A stretch of DNA of 64,000 bases from Celeribacter sp. (GTDB lineage: Bacteria > Pseudomonadota > Alphaproteobacteria > Rhodobacterales > Rhodobacteraceae): assembly GCF_048261515.1 (NCBI RefSeq), contig NZ_JBLXFZ010000002.1, positions 23,347-87,346 of the forward strand. The letters are read 5' to 3'. The stretch's first letter is position 1, and each line of letters starts with the position of its first letter. A model generated the notes under the pieces. That model was given only the letters and a program-made list of their open reading frames with translations. It was not told the origin of the DNA and made no database searches. The position numbers were made by a program, and so were the translations under genes. Below are positions 1-9,373 of this stretch, one piece after another.

Positions 1-88
1 CGTGACGGCGGGGGCCATCTGGCTGCTGTTTGCGAAACTCCTGATGGTGCCGCTGCCTTTGGGACTGCTCACTGAGGTGATTTACTGA
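1..88 (+). CDS. Tripartite tricarboxylate transporter TctB-family small subunit, 3' end only
   Basis: Frame 2 reads VTAGAIWLLFAKLLMVPLPLGLLTEVIY*; the LxVPLP motif is typical of TctB; the stop overlaps the tctA ATG (TGATG). Confidence 0.75.
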   Translation, partial: VTAGAIWLLFAKLLMVPLPLGLLTEVIY

Positions 89-1596
89 TGGACGGATCTC
101 TTCTGGCGGGCTTCGCGCAAGTCCTGCAACCAAGTGTATTTCTGATCATTGTGGGGGCGGCGACCTACGGGCTGTTGATCGGCTCGATCCCCGGATTGAC
201 CGCAACGATGGGCACGGCACTATTGGTGCCGCTGACCTTCTTCCTTGACCCGATCCCCGCGATCGGAGCGATTGTCGCGGCGACTACCACGGCCATCTTC
301 GCGGGCGATATTCCAGGGGCCTTGCTGCGCATTCCGGGCACGCCAGCCTCGGCTGCCTATACAGACGAAGCCTACAAAATGCGCCAGAACGGACAGGTCG
401 AGTTGGCGCTTGGCGTGAACCTGATGTGTTCGACCATCGGCGGGCTTGTCGGGGTGGCGATCCTGATCATGGCTGCGCCGCAAATCGCGCGGTTCTCGCT
501 GGGGTTTTCTAGCTACGAATACTTCTTTCTCGCGCTTTTGGGCCTGTCCAGCGCGATCCTTGTCAGCAATGGTCCGCGGGTCAAAGGTGTGCTGGCGCTC
601 TGTGCGGGTTTGATGTTGTCGACCATTGGCATTGATGTCGTGATGGGCATTCGGCGCTTCACTTTTGGGGACACCGAATTGATCGGTGGGATTTCGATTA
701 TTCCCGTGCTGATCGGAATGTTTGCGATCACCGAGATCTTGCGCAAATCCGCAGCCCCTTCCGATCTGCCGCCCACGCCGCCCCTGCGGGTGCGTGCTGC
801 TATCTCGGGCGTGCTTGGCACGCTGTGGACCTACAAGGGCGGGGTTGCGCGCTCCTCGATCATGGGCAGCGCCATCGGCGCCCTGCCTGGCGCGGGGGCG
901 GATATCGCCTCGTGGATTGCCTTTGCCCTGTCCAAGAAATTTTCCCGCACGCCAGAGAAATTCGGAACGGGCCATCCCGAAGGGATCGTCAGCGCTTCAA
1001 GCGCGAATAACGCGGCCCTGTCGGGGGCCTATGTTCCCAGCCTTGTTTTCGGCATTCCGGGCGACACGATTACCGCCATCCTGATTGGCGTTCTGTTAAT
1101 GAAGGGGATCACCCCGGGACCGATGGTCTTTGTCATGGACACGGGGCTGGTGAACGCGATTTTTGCTGTGTTCATCCTCGCCAACCTGCTGATGTTGCCG
1201 CTGGGGTTGGGCGCTATCATGGTCTCGCGCCAACTGCTCTCATTGCGCCAGAATATTCTGTTTCCGATCATCCTGCTCTTTTGCGTCGTCGGGGCGTTCG
1301 CGGCCAACAACACGCTGTTTGATGTCTGGGTGCTGCTGATCCTCGGACTTGTGGCCTTCGTTCTAGAGGAGAACGATTTCCCGCTGGCGCCCATGATCCT
1401 CGCCCTGATCCTTGGGCCGCTGATTGAAGAGAACTTCATGAAGTCGGTGATCAAGGCCGACGGTAACCTGCTTGAATTCTTCGCGCGTCCGATTGCGGGC
1501 ACGCTCGGCGCGATCACGTTGCTCATTTGGGCACTGATGATCGCACTCTCCCTTCGCCAGAGTTTCAAAAAACGCACAAGGACAACGACAACATGA
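88..1596 (+). CDS. tctA: Tripartite tricarboxylate transporter large permease (TctA family)
   Basis: 502-aa hydrophobic ORF with GSIPGLT, RIPGTPASAA, GALPGAGA and GIPGD TctA motifs. Confidence 0.93.
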   Translation: MDGSLLAGFAQVLQPSVFLIIVGAATYGLLIGSIPGLTATMGTALLVPLTFFLDPIPAIGAIVAATTTAIFAGDIPGALLRIPGTPASAAYTDEAYKMRQNGQVELALGVNLMCSTIGGLVGVAILIMAAPQIARFSLGFSSYEYFFLALLGLSSAILVSNGPRVKGVLALCAGLMLSTIGIDVVMGIRRFTFGDTELIGGISIIPVLIGMFAITEILRKSAAPSDLPPTPPLRVRAAISGVLGTLWTYKGGVARSSIMGSAIGALPGAGADIASWIAFALSKKFSRTPEKFGTGHPEGIVSASSANNAALSGAYVPSLVFGIPGDTITAILIGVLLMKGITPGPMVFVMDTGLVNAIFAVFILANLLMLPLGLGAIMVSRQLLSLRQNILFPIILLFCVVGAFAANNTLFDVWVLLILGLVAFVLEENDFPLAPMILALILGPLIEENFMKSVIKADGNLLEFFARPIAGTLGAITLLIWALMIALSLRQSFKKRTRTTTT

Positions 1597-2288
1597 CGCG
1601 CAAAGTAGTGGTTATCGGCGGCACCAGTGGCATTGGCCGCGCTATTGCGACGGGGTTTCTCGATGCGGGCGATGATGTCACCGTGACGGGCCACGAAGCC
1701 GTGGACGATTTGCCCGAGGGAATGGCGCAGGCAGTGTTGGATGTCAGGGATAGCGATGCAGTTACCGCGTTTTTCGCACCGATGGAGCGGCTTGATGTGC
1801 TGGTCAATTGCGCGGGCGTCATTCGGCGCGGCGGGGCGGAGTTTACTCACGACGGGTTTGCCGATGTGGTGGACATCAATCTCAACGGGTCGCAGCGCTG
1901 CTGCACCGCCGCGCATGACGCGCTCAAGGCGGCGTCGGGATGCGTGATCAACACCGCCTCGATGTTGACCTACTTCGGATCCGCCGTTTCGCCCGCCTAT
2001 GCCGCTTCCAAGGGCGGGATCGGACAACTCACGCGGTCGCTGGCTCTGGCATGGGCGGGAGATGGCATTCGCGTCAATGCGCTTGCCCCAGGATGGATTT
2101 CCACGCCTCTGACCGAAGCCCTGGGCCAAAACCCCGAACGGTCCGCCACGATCCTCGGACGGACCCCAATGGGTCGCTGGGGGCGGCCCGAAGATCTTGT
2201 TGGTCCCGCCATGTTCCTTGCGTCTTCGGCTGCAGGGTTCGTGACCGGAGCAATTCTACCAGTCGATGGCGGATACGCCGCAGCTTAA
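1593..2288 (+). CDS. SDR family NAD(P)-dependent oxidoreductase
   Basis: GGTSGIG, NCAG and YAASK motifs; start moved to the ATG at 1593 that overlaps the tctA stop. Confidence 0.92.
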   Translation: MTRKVVVIGGTSGIGRAIATGFLDAGDDVTVTGHEAVDDLPEGMAQAVLDVRDSDAVTAFFAPMERLDVLVNCAGVIRRGGAEFTHDGFADVVDINLNGSQRCCTAAHDALKAASGCVINTASMLTYFGSAVSPAYAASKGGIGQLTRSLALAWAGDGIRVNALAPGWISTPLTEALGQNPERSATILGRTPMGRWGRPEDLVGPAMFLASSAAGFVTGAILPVDGGYAAA

Positions 2289-2306
2289 GAACATAAGGAA
2301 AAGACG

Positions 2307-3002
2307 ATGAGCAAACTCTACGATAGTGACGAGGCGCTTTTTGCCCTGATGCGTGAGAAACTGTTCACAGCCGTGATCGGTGATGTGATGGACGTTATGG
2401 GCCTGCGCAAGCAGTTCCTGCCCGCTGGCATTTCGCCTCTGCAACAGACCAGCAAGATGGCTGGGCGTGCGATGCCGGTGTTGGAAGCCGATATCTTTGA
2501 TGACGGAGATGAGGACTCCCGCGGACCATTGTCGAACAAGCCTTTCGGCCTCATGCTGGAAGCGCTCGACGACCTCAAGGCGGGTGAGGTCTATGTCGCC
2601 ACTGGCTCTTCGCTGCGCTACGCGTTGTGGGGCGAGTTGATGACCACGCGCGCGCGCCATCTCAAGGCGGCGGGAGCTGTGCTCAACGGCTATGTGCGCG
2701 ACGCGGACGGCATCGAAAGCCAAGGATTCCCGACCTTCTGCCGCGGCGTTTATGCGCAGGATCAGGGTGTGCGTGGCAAGGTCATCGACTTCCGAACCGC
2801 CATCGAGATTGACGGCATTCGCATCGAAACAGGCACGTTGATCTATGGCGACCGTGAGGGCGTTTTGATCATCCCGAAAGAGGCCGAAGAAGAAGTCATC
2901 CATCGCGCGTTGGAGAAGGCCGAAACGGAAAACACGGTTGGCGAGGCAATCCGCAAGGGCATGTCCGCCGTCGACGCACTCGAAACATATGGCGTTATGT
3001 GA
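2307..3002 (+). CDS. RraA/HMG-CHA aldolase family protein
   Basis: WGELMT, GYVRD and GDREGV motifs of the RraA-like family; AAGGA RBS. Confidence 0.88.
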   Translation: MSKLYDSDEALFALMREKLFTAVIGDVMDVMGLRKQFLPAGISPLQQTSKMAGRAMPVLEADIFDDGDEDSRGPLSNKPFGLMLEALDDLKAGEVYVATGSSLRYALWGELMTTRARHLKAAGAVLNGYVRDADGIESQGFPTFCRGVYAQDQGVRGKVIDFRTAIEIDGIRIETGTLIYGDREGVLIIPKEAEEEVIHRALEKAETENTVGEAIRKGMSAVDALETYGVM

Positions 3003-3011
3003 GGTGGTACC

Positions 3012-3533
3012 ATGACACAGACCGATGACGAAAAAAGAATGCCCTACCAACTCGAAATGCCGAAAGACGCAGGGGAGGATATCGTCATCCCTCACGCCGT
3101 TCCGCAGGATGAGCGTGTCTGGGTGCCGCAGGCGGAGAATGTCTATTTCCGCCCGCTGTGCCTCAATGTCTCGCAAGGCTATTGGGTCAACGTACTCAAG
3201 GTCACAAAAGGCGGCGTTCTCAGCCGTCACCGTCACCCGCAGCCCGTGCATGGGTATGTCCTCAAGGGGCGCTGGCACTATCTCGAACACGGCTGGACGG
3301 CGGAAGAGGGAGGCTATGTTTATGAGCCTCCTGGTGAGACCCACACCCTCGTCGTGCCTGATGACGTGCCCGAAATGATGACCCTGTTTCAGGTGAACGG
3401 CGTGATGTGTTACGTTGACCCTTGGGGCAAGCAGACGGGCTTCGAGGACGTGTTTACCAAGATCGACATGTGCCGAGCGCATTACGAGGCCGTCGGTCTC
3501 GGCGCGGATTATGTCGATCAGTTCATCCGTTAG
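3012..3533 (+). CDS. dad: 2,4'-dihydroxyacetophenone dioxygenase-family cupin
   Basis: DERVWVP, RHRHPQPVHGYVLKGRWHYLEH and EPPGETHTL cupin metal-binding motifs. Confidence 0.82.
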   Translation: MTQTDDEKRMPYQLEMPKDAGEDIVIPHAVPQDERVWVPQAENVYFRPLCLNVSQGYWVNVLKVTKGGVLSRHRHPQPVHGYVLKGRWHYLEHGWTAEEGGYVYEPPGETHTLVVPDDVPEMMTLFQVNGVMCYVDPWGKQTGFEDVFTKIDMCRAHYEAVGLGADYVDQFIR

Positions 3534-3593
3534 CCTTTCCTGTCTGCCGCGATCAGCCTGCTGCGTGTGGACAGGATGCTGGCGGGATGAGTT

Positions 3594-3698
3594 TTTGGCA
3601 AAAAGCAGAGCGGCCCGTCCGTGTCAGAAGTTAGAGATCGGCATGCGAAAATCGGGAGCTTGGTGATCGAGAAAGATTTTTTCGGGCTCACGAGTTGA
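3594..3698 (+). pseudogene. IS3-family OrfA C-terminal remnant
   Basis: Translates FGKKQSGPSVSEVRDRHAKIGSLVIEKDFF, resembling the LHAKIGELxVExDFL end of IS3 OrfA; no start and no OrfB. Confidence 0.45.
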
Positions 3699-3941
3699 GC
3701 CCGGAGAAAACAACGTTTTTGTCCAGCGTGATCATCCCAAGGTGAACATAGTCGACAATGCAAGTTGGTGCGATTCAGCCGTTCCTCGTTCCATTACGCG
3801 CTGGTCGGGGTCAATTCCGACACGCTCGCAACGATGAAAGAGATCAACTGGATGTTCCCGAAATACCCGTTTTCGGCAGGCAACAGATCGTAGCCTTTCT
3901 GCGCTCTTCGAGCATGTGCAGATCGGAGCGGTCCTAGTCGT

Positions 3942-4263
3942 TCTTGACCTGTTCGTTCCCACGTTCCCGCGAGGATAGTGCCGAAGATATGGAAGACGGC
4001 GGGGTAGGGGCGGGGCTTCGCGTCGCGACCATATTCATACATTGATTTGACGGGAACAGTGGAACACGGGAACGGGTTCCTGCGGCTTCGCTGGTTTTTG
4101 TGTTGTTTTGTTTGTGCTCAAAAGCCCTTTGATATCAGAGGTGTGATAATTTATTTCCTAAAAAATCCGTGGGTTATCCACATATTCCAGCGCCCGCTGA
4201 ATTGAAAATTTGGCGTGTTGCACGGACATTATTTGCACGCTGAGGCGAAAGCCGGGGGCGCGG
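3942..4263. repeat. Origin-like region, copy 1 (GTTCCC/GGGAAC iterons and DnaA box)
   Basis: Colinear similarity to 15389-15724; direct GTTCCC repeats at ~3955-3968, inverted GG(G)AAC repeats at ~4052-4073, TTATCCACA at 4174-4182. Confidence 0.75.
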
Positions 4264-4351
4264 TGGATTGCTGTGATCCCTAAAAACGTCCTCGTTTTTG
4301 GTTAGAGTTTTCCGCTAGATTTTTCCTGAGCTGGAATAGGAGCGGAAACGC

Positions 4352-4618
4352 ATGAAAGCATCGAAGTTCACGGACGCGCAGAAGGCGTTCATCATTAAGC
4401 AGGGTGAAGAAGGCGCAACGGTTGCTGAGATCTGCCGTAAGGCTGGCATCAGCCAAGCTACGTACTTCAACTGGAAGAAGAAGTATGCAGGCATGTTGCC
4501 CACAGATATGAAACGGCTGCGTGAGCTCGAAGACGAGAATTCCCGACTTAAGAAGATCGTCGCTGATTTGGCATTGGACAAAGAAATGCTGCAGGACGTT
4601 CTGAAACGAAAGCTCTAA
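4352..4618 (+). CDS. IS3 transposase OrfA (HTH)
   Basis: MKASKFTDAQKAFIIKQ...ICRKAGISQATYFNWKKKY. Confidence 0.9.
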   Translation: MKASKFTDAQKAFIIKQGEEGATVAEICRKAGISQATYFNWKKKYAGMLPTDMKRLRELEDENSRLKKIVADLALDKEMLQDVLKRKL

Positions 4619-5454
4619 GGCCTGCTCGAAGAAGAACGCTGGTTGATGAGATCAGATCTGATTGGCGTGTGTCGACCCGGAGAGCGTGTGCTCTGATCCA
4701 GTTCGATCCGCGCACCTATCGGTACAAGTCTCGTCGGCTCGACCAGGCCGCGATCGAACAGCGGATAAAAGAGATTTGTCAGACGCGTGTCCGGTTTGGT
4801 TACCGGCGCGTACATGTCCTGCTGCGTCGTGAGGGCTGGGAGATCAATGCCAAGAAGACGTATCGCATTTACAAGGAGTTAGGCATGCAATTGCGGAACA
4901 AGACACCGAAGCGACGCGTGAAGGCAAAGTTGCGCGAAGACCGCAAAGATGCTGTTGGCCCTAACGATGTCTGGGCGATGGATTTTGTGCATGATCAGTT
5001 GGCTACGGGTCGCAAGATCCGCATTCTCACGGTTGTGGACACTTTCTCACGTTATGTGCCGGTGCTTGACGCCAAGTTCAGCTACAAGGGCGAAGATGTT
5101 GTCAAAACGCTAGATCGTGCTTGACGCCAAACAGGATACCCCAAGACGATACGAGTCGATAATGGCAGCGTGTCTATCTCCCGCGACATGGAGTTGTGGG
5201 CCTATCAAAGAAACGTCACGCTCGACTTCTCACGTCCCGGAAAACCCACCGATAATGCCTACATCGAAGCGTTCAACGGCAAATTCCGCTAGGAGTGTCT
5301 GAACGCTCACTGGTTCATGGGGCTTGAAGATACCGCCGAAAAGTTGGAGACTTGGCGCAGAGACTACAACGAAGAACGACCGCACAGCGCGATTGGGAAT
5401 AACGTCCCAGCATCGCTGATGAAATTGCCAGACGCATCCAGCCCGTCTGTGTGA
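4615..5454 (+). pseudogene. IS3 transposase OrfB with in-frame stops
   Basis: The rve-like frame continues past TGA at 5122-5124 and TAG at ~5290 to TGA at 5452-5454. Confidence 0.85.
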
Positions 5455-5692
5455 TCAATATGCGGAAAATCTAGCCCTAACCGGGGACACTTTGGGTAGC
5501 TCAGTCTATTGGCTGAGAAATGACAGAACACAACCCGATCAGCAGGAGCAAAGAGTAGCTTAATTTACGCCAGATCCTGTCCAACAAATGGGGAGTAGCT
5601 CAGCCTCACGCCTCGAGAGCTGACACTCAAGCAGCATAACCCGCGGTATCAATGAGGCGGTTACGGTCAATACCGACAGAGCTTAAGATCTT

Positions 5693-5732
5693 ATCTGATC
5701 ACCAAGAAGGCGGTGCCAATGAGGCGGTTACT
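5693..5732 (+). repeat. 40-bp perfect direct repeat, copy 1
   Basis: ATCTGATCACCAAGAAGGCGGTGCCAATGAGGCGGTTACT is identical to 57440-57479. Confidence 0.9.
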
Positions 5733-5736
5733 ATAG

Positions 5737-5762
5737 GTCCCCGGCAAACTGGGGGCAATTCA
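5737..5762. mobile_element. Orphan IS3-type terminal inverted repeat
   Basis: Reverse complement TGAATTGCCCCCAGTTTGCCGGGGAC resembles TGAATTGGCCCCCTATTTCGACTGGAC at ~56646. Confidence 0.5.
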
Positions 5763-7073
5763 ACCAGCTCTTTGATCTGTTATCGATTTCAAAGTGAAAT
5801 ACGCACAAACAAAAATTAGGAACGGGAAACTACCAGAAAGCCCAGCTTCGCTCGTTACGAAGTTGCGTGAAAGAAAGAGAATAATCAGCTGAATGCAAAG
5901 TGTGCAGCAATGCAGTATTATATTATCCTTTGTTGTAGCCAATACGCTGATTGCCAAAATGAGTGTTTTGGCAACAAGATAGGTGAAGAGTGTGAGGCCA
6001 ATTATACCGAAGCTGATGACAATATCGAAATATGAGCTATGCGTCGAAGTTACTTGGCTATAACCCGAGAGACTTTGCATTAACCGAATTAGTTCGGCAT
6101 TGCCATTTGCACCGCTGGGGCCCTCGCCAAACCATACAGTGAAAGGATTTGATCTCAGGTAATCCAAGACCACGGCCCAAATTCCTGAACGTTGCGTAAG
6201 AGTTGGATCTCGGCCAAGAAGCAGAAGAATATCGTCGCGAAAGATGTTTGTCACCCAAAGTGCAATAGGTAAAATGACTAGAAGCACGACAATTATTGGT
6301 TTTCGGTCGGCTGTAGAGAATTTGGCGACTGCTGTCGCCAACAATTGTATTGTTATTGCTAGTACAAGCATTACGATTGCTGAAGCAGAGCCACTGAAGG
6401 CAACGCATGCAATGGCAAAAAGTGCTAGAAATAGGTATTTGCCGATGCCAAATATTTTGTAGGTTTGCCAGAAGTAACAAAACGCGAAACTAGAATAAGC
6501 GCCAAAATGATTTTTATGCATCATAAGTCCGCGGAGGCGTCCATCATGGTAGTCACTCATGATACCGATAGAAGGTACAATTGTGGTGAAAGCTATATTG
6601 AAAACCATAGCTAATGCTAAGATCTTCGCCAGCAGATGGATTTGTTGCTCAGCTTCAAATAGGCGGGCTGTGGTGGCGGCAAAAAACACGGGTACAAGAA
6701 TTAGCACGTACTGGATTATTCCATCTATTGGTGCAGGTGACCAAAGTATTGAAAGACCACACCATAAAAGAAGCATTATGATGCTAACTGACTGAGATAG
6801 AATTTGCCCAGATTTCAGAATGATGGCTACAGTCACGATAGCCAAGATGGAAATCAGTTTTCCGCCTTGGTACGCTGCCATGTTTGCGGGCGGTATGAAT
6901 GTTCCGAGCGTACTCTCGGAACCCCAGAACCACATGCGTAATTCCAAGAAAACATAAATTGTGAAAACAGAATTCACAGTTGCATACGACAATGCACTCA
7001 ATGAAATCTTAGTTGACCTTCTGTCCGCGCGCCAGTCATGTTGTGGCTTGGAATTTATGTCTATCAATGCCAT
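5760..7073 (-). CDS. O-antigen ligase / Wzy-like polysaccharide polymerase (ExoQ-like)
   Basis: Multi-TM protein with GLMMHKNHFG, LLGRDPTLTQRSGIW and HSSYFDIVISFGIIG Wzy_C-type motifs. Confidence 0.85.
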   Translation of the reverse strand: MALIDINSKPQHDWRADRRSTKISLSALSYATVNSVFTIYVFLELRMWFWGSESTLGTFIPPANMAAYQGGKLISILAIVTVAIILKSGQILSQSVSIIMLLLWCGLSILWSPAPIDGIIQYVLILVPVFFAATTARLFEAEQQIHLLAKILALAMVFNIAFTTIVPSIGIMSDYHDGRLRGLMMHKNHFGAYSSFAFCYFWQTYKIFGIGKYLFLALFAIACVAFSGSASAIVMLVLAITIQLLATAVAKFSTADRKPIIVVLLVILPIALWVTNIFRDDILLLLGRDPTLTQRSGIWAVVLDYLRSNPFTVWFGEGPSGANGNAELIRLMQSLSGYSQVTSTHSSYFDIVISFGIIGLTLFTYLVAKTLILAISVLATTKDNIILHCCTLCIQLIILFLSRNFVTSEAGLSGSFPFLIFVCAYFTLKSITDQRAG

Positions 7074-8008
7074 CCTGTGGGGTCCCAGCCGAGTAGCTCT
7101 TCGATTTCACTTATTTCTGGAGTGTAGAGTTCTTGTAATAGCTTTCGATCTTGTTCTCTCATCGGGGCGGGTGAGCTTCCAATGCTCTCAACGAGATTTC
7201 TAATCTTCTTGTGTAAGGATTTCCTGAATGACAAGGGCAAGACAGTTTTAAGAGCGTTTTTGAGGGGGTTTTCACTATATAAATTCACATAGGACCAGGT
7301 TACGAACGGCGACCGAATTTTAGTAACATTTGAAGCGCGATTGAAGTTGATAGTTGGAGAGGGATCGATGTCTAAAAATGTGAAAACGCGACGAAGTGTT
7401 TCCGCCGGTTGATCGCGAAGGTCTTCATGTTTTAGGACTAGGAGGCTATCTGCACCGAACACTTCCTGAAAGCGTCGAATTTGCTGTGCGTATTGCCCTG
7501 TATGGAAATACCGCCAGCCATACCACCAATTGTCTCGTTCACCTGAAATTTCTGATTTCAAGGCCTCTCCGAAACTGTCTGCAGGCTCCCTATTGAATGA
7601 CTTTTGAAACGTATATGCAGAATAGGCTCGTGCGATAGGATTTCGCAGTACGGCTACAAGTTTTGCATTTGGTGACACGCTGTAAATTCGTTCAGCCGCT
7701 TTGGGATCTGGAAGATATAATGGAGTGCCTTCAGCGCGATACTTGTGGGTATTGCCCGCGGCGAAAAGTGATAAGTACTTTTCGCGAGATGTGTATTCTC
7801 CGCTACCCATATTGCTTGGCTGCAATTTCTTGTCGGGGCGAATGGGTAGGCTGGTTTTGTCTGTCAAAAATTCTCTACCCTCGACAAAATAGAATGGTTC
7901 TTTCTCAAGTGACATGAAAATTTCTGGGTGTTGTCCGAGATAGGTGCAGAGTGATGTTGTCGCACTTTTCATTGCGCCAATTACAAAAAGGTTGGGTAAG
8001 TTTGTCAT
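7064..8008 (-). CDS. Sulfotransferase (PAPS-dependent)
   Basis: IGAMKSATTSL 5'-PSB motif, KEPFYF, LRNPIARAYS 3'-PB motif. Confidence 0.92.
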   Translation of the reverse strand: MTNLPNLFVIGAMKSATTSLCTYLGQHPEIFMSLEKEPFYFVEGREFLTDKTSLPIRPDKKLQPSNMGSGEYTSREKYLSLFAAGNTHKYRAEGTPLYLPDPKAAERIYSVSPNAKLVAVLRNPIARAYSAYTFQKSFNREPADSFGEALKSEISGERDNWWYGWRYFHTGQYAQQIRRFQEVFGADSLLVLKHEDLRDQPAETLRRVFTFLDIDPSPTINFNRASNVTKIRSPFVTWSYVNLYSENPLKNALKTVLPLSFRKSLHKKIRNLVESIGSSPAPMREQDRKLLQELYTPEISEIEELLGWDPTGWH

Positions 8009-8018
8009 CTTGGTTCCC

Positions 8019-9326
8019 TTATCTGTTCTGTTTGGGTTTGATAGGGGTCTTAAAGCCCGCTTTATAAAGTAGCCCTACTGCCGCTAAATTTAGAATTGCG
8101 AGCAAAGAACTTACCAACATCGCAGCACCCATAGATCCATATATTTTCGTTGAAATGGGGAGAAAAATTGGCAAAGCCAAAGAAGTTAAGAATACCAATA
8201 TGAAGAGTGCTCGTTCTCGCCCTATCATCATGAGGAAAGCCCTGTTAGGCCCGCACGCCGTGTTTACGAGCTGTCCTAGAGACAAAATGACTAAAATGGG
8301 TTTAAATTTTGTGTAAGTATCGCCAAATAAAGACAAAAAATGTTGTCCCCAAACTAAAAAAACTATGAAGATGGAAAGTGCGCCTAAGAAGCTGAATATA
8401 GTTGCGCCAAGATACAATGTGCGTGCCTCACCGGCTCGTCCTGAATGCCAGCTGCGAGACAGCATTGGTCCAAAAGCCTGGTTGATAGCGACAAGAAATA
8501 TTGTCATAAGCTGGCTCAATCTTGTGGCAGCGAAGAAGCCGCCAGCTTCTGCGGGACCAAGTGTCGCGCCAACCGCAATCGTTGCGGCGTTTTGACCAAC
8601 GGAATTTGCAATTGCTATTCCCCAGAGGCCAATAGTTGCCTTTCTGATTTTGCTGACCGTGCCCGTAATTTTTGCGGCGTCGCCAGCTCTTGAACTCTCT
8701 TTCATCAGTGTACCAAGTAGCAACTTATATTGCGGCACGATTACAAGGAGAAGCACCAAGGCCGCCATCCAAGTTGCAGTTTGTCCAGTTTTGATACCAA
8801 GAGAGTATGCGGAAACCAATGTGATTACGCGCCAAGCCATATCCATTGGGATAAGGGCCCAATAAACTGATCCTTGTGCTCTCAGCGCGGCGGACGCAAA
8901 GTTGGCGAGTGCATAGCAGCATGCAAGTACACCAACAGCCAATAGAGCTGTTCCGTCAAATTTGATACCTGGTGGAGAAATGTTGAAGAGCGAAAAGAGA
9001 ACCGCTAAAAATAACAGCGTTGTACATGAGGATCCGACCAACTTTAGGGAATACAATAGCACCTTGTTTGCGGCTTCTCTGCCCAGAGTTTCTTCTGTTG
9101 AGGGCCAGAAGCGCAAAACAGCGGAATCCTGTCCAAGTGAAGTTATGGTGCCTAGAAGTAGTGCCGTCGAGAAGCCGACTGCCAGAATGCCGTACTCATC
9201 TTGCTCTAAAAGTCTTGCGAATAGAGAAAAAAGCAGAAATGCCAGTCCAGTACCAAAGATCTTTATGACCCCGCTACCTGCTGCGGTTGATATGAGCTTT
9301 CGAAGCAAAGACTTTTTTTCCGACAT
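8019..9326 (-). CDS. Polysaccharide flippase (Wzx / MATE-like)
   Basis: About 12 TM segments; RLLEQDEYG near the N-terminus; GPAEAGGFFAATRL. Confidence 0.85.
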   Translation of the reverse strand: MSEKKSLLRKLISTAAGSGVIKIFGTGLAFLLFSLFARLLEQDEYGILAVGFSTALLLGTITSLGQDSAVLRFWPSTEETLGREAANKVLLYSLKLVGSSCTTLLFLAVLFSLFNISPPGIKFDGTALLAVGVLACCYALANFASAALRAQGSVYWALIPMDMAWRVITLVSAYSLGIKTGQTATWMAALVLLLVIVPQYKLLLGTLMKESSRAGDAAKITGTVSKIRKATIGLWGIAIANSVGQNAATIAVGATLGPAEAGGFFAATRLSQLMTIFLVAINQAFGPMLSRSWHSGRAGEARTLYLGATIFSFLGALSIFIVFLVWGQHFLSLFGDTYTKFKPILVILSLGQLVNTACGPNRAFLMMIGRERALFILVFLTSLALPIFLPISTKIYGSMGAAMLVSSLLAILNLAAVGLLYKAGFKTPIKPKQNR

Positions 9327-9373
9327 TGTTTAATCTTTCAGAAAGGAGCGCTTCAATGGCATGCTTTATGCAT

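Larger units (their letters stand above)
4274..5503 (+). mobile_element. IS3-family (IS407-group-like) insertion sequence, inactivated
   Basis: TG...CA ends with imperfect IRs (TGATCCCTAAAAACGTCCTCG versus TGAGCTACCCAAAGTGTCCCCG); OrfA and OrfB with DDE-domain motifs (WAMDFVHD, DNG, IEAFNG). Confidence 0.9.

Noticed and set aside
1029-3482. Long minus-strand ORFs (366 aa and 408 aa)
   Set aside because: They overlap clear plus-strand enzymes and have no recognisable domains
5634-5666. attC-like or dif-like reading of GCATAACCCGCGG...GCGGTTAC
   Set aside because: Too short for attC, no integron integrase, and no XerD arm (TTATGTTAAAT)
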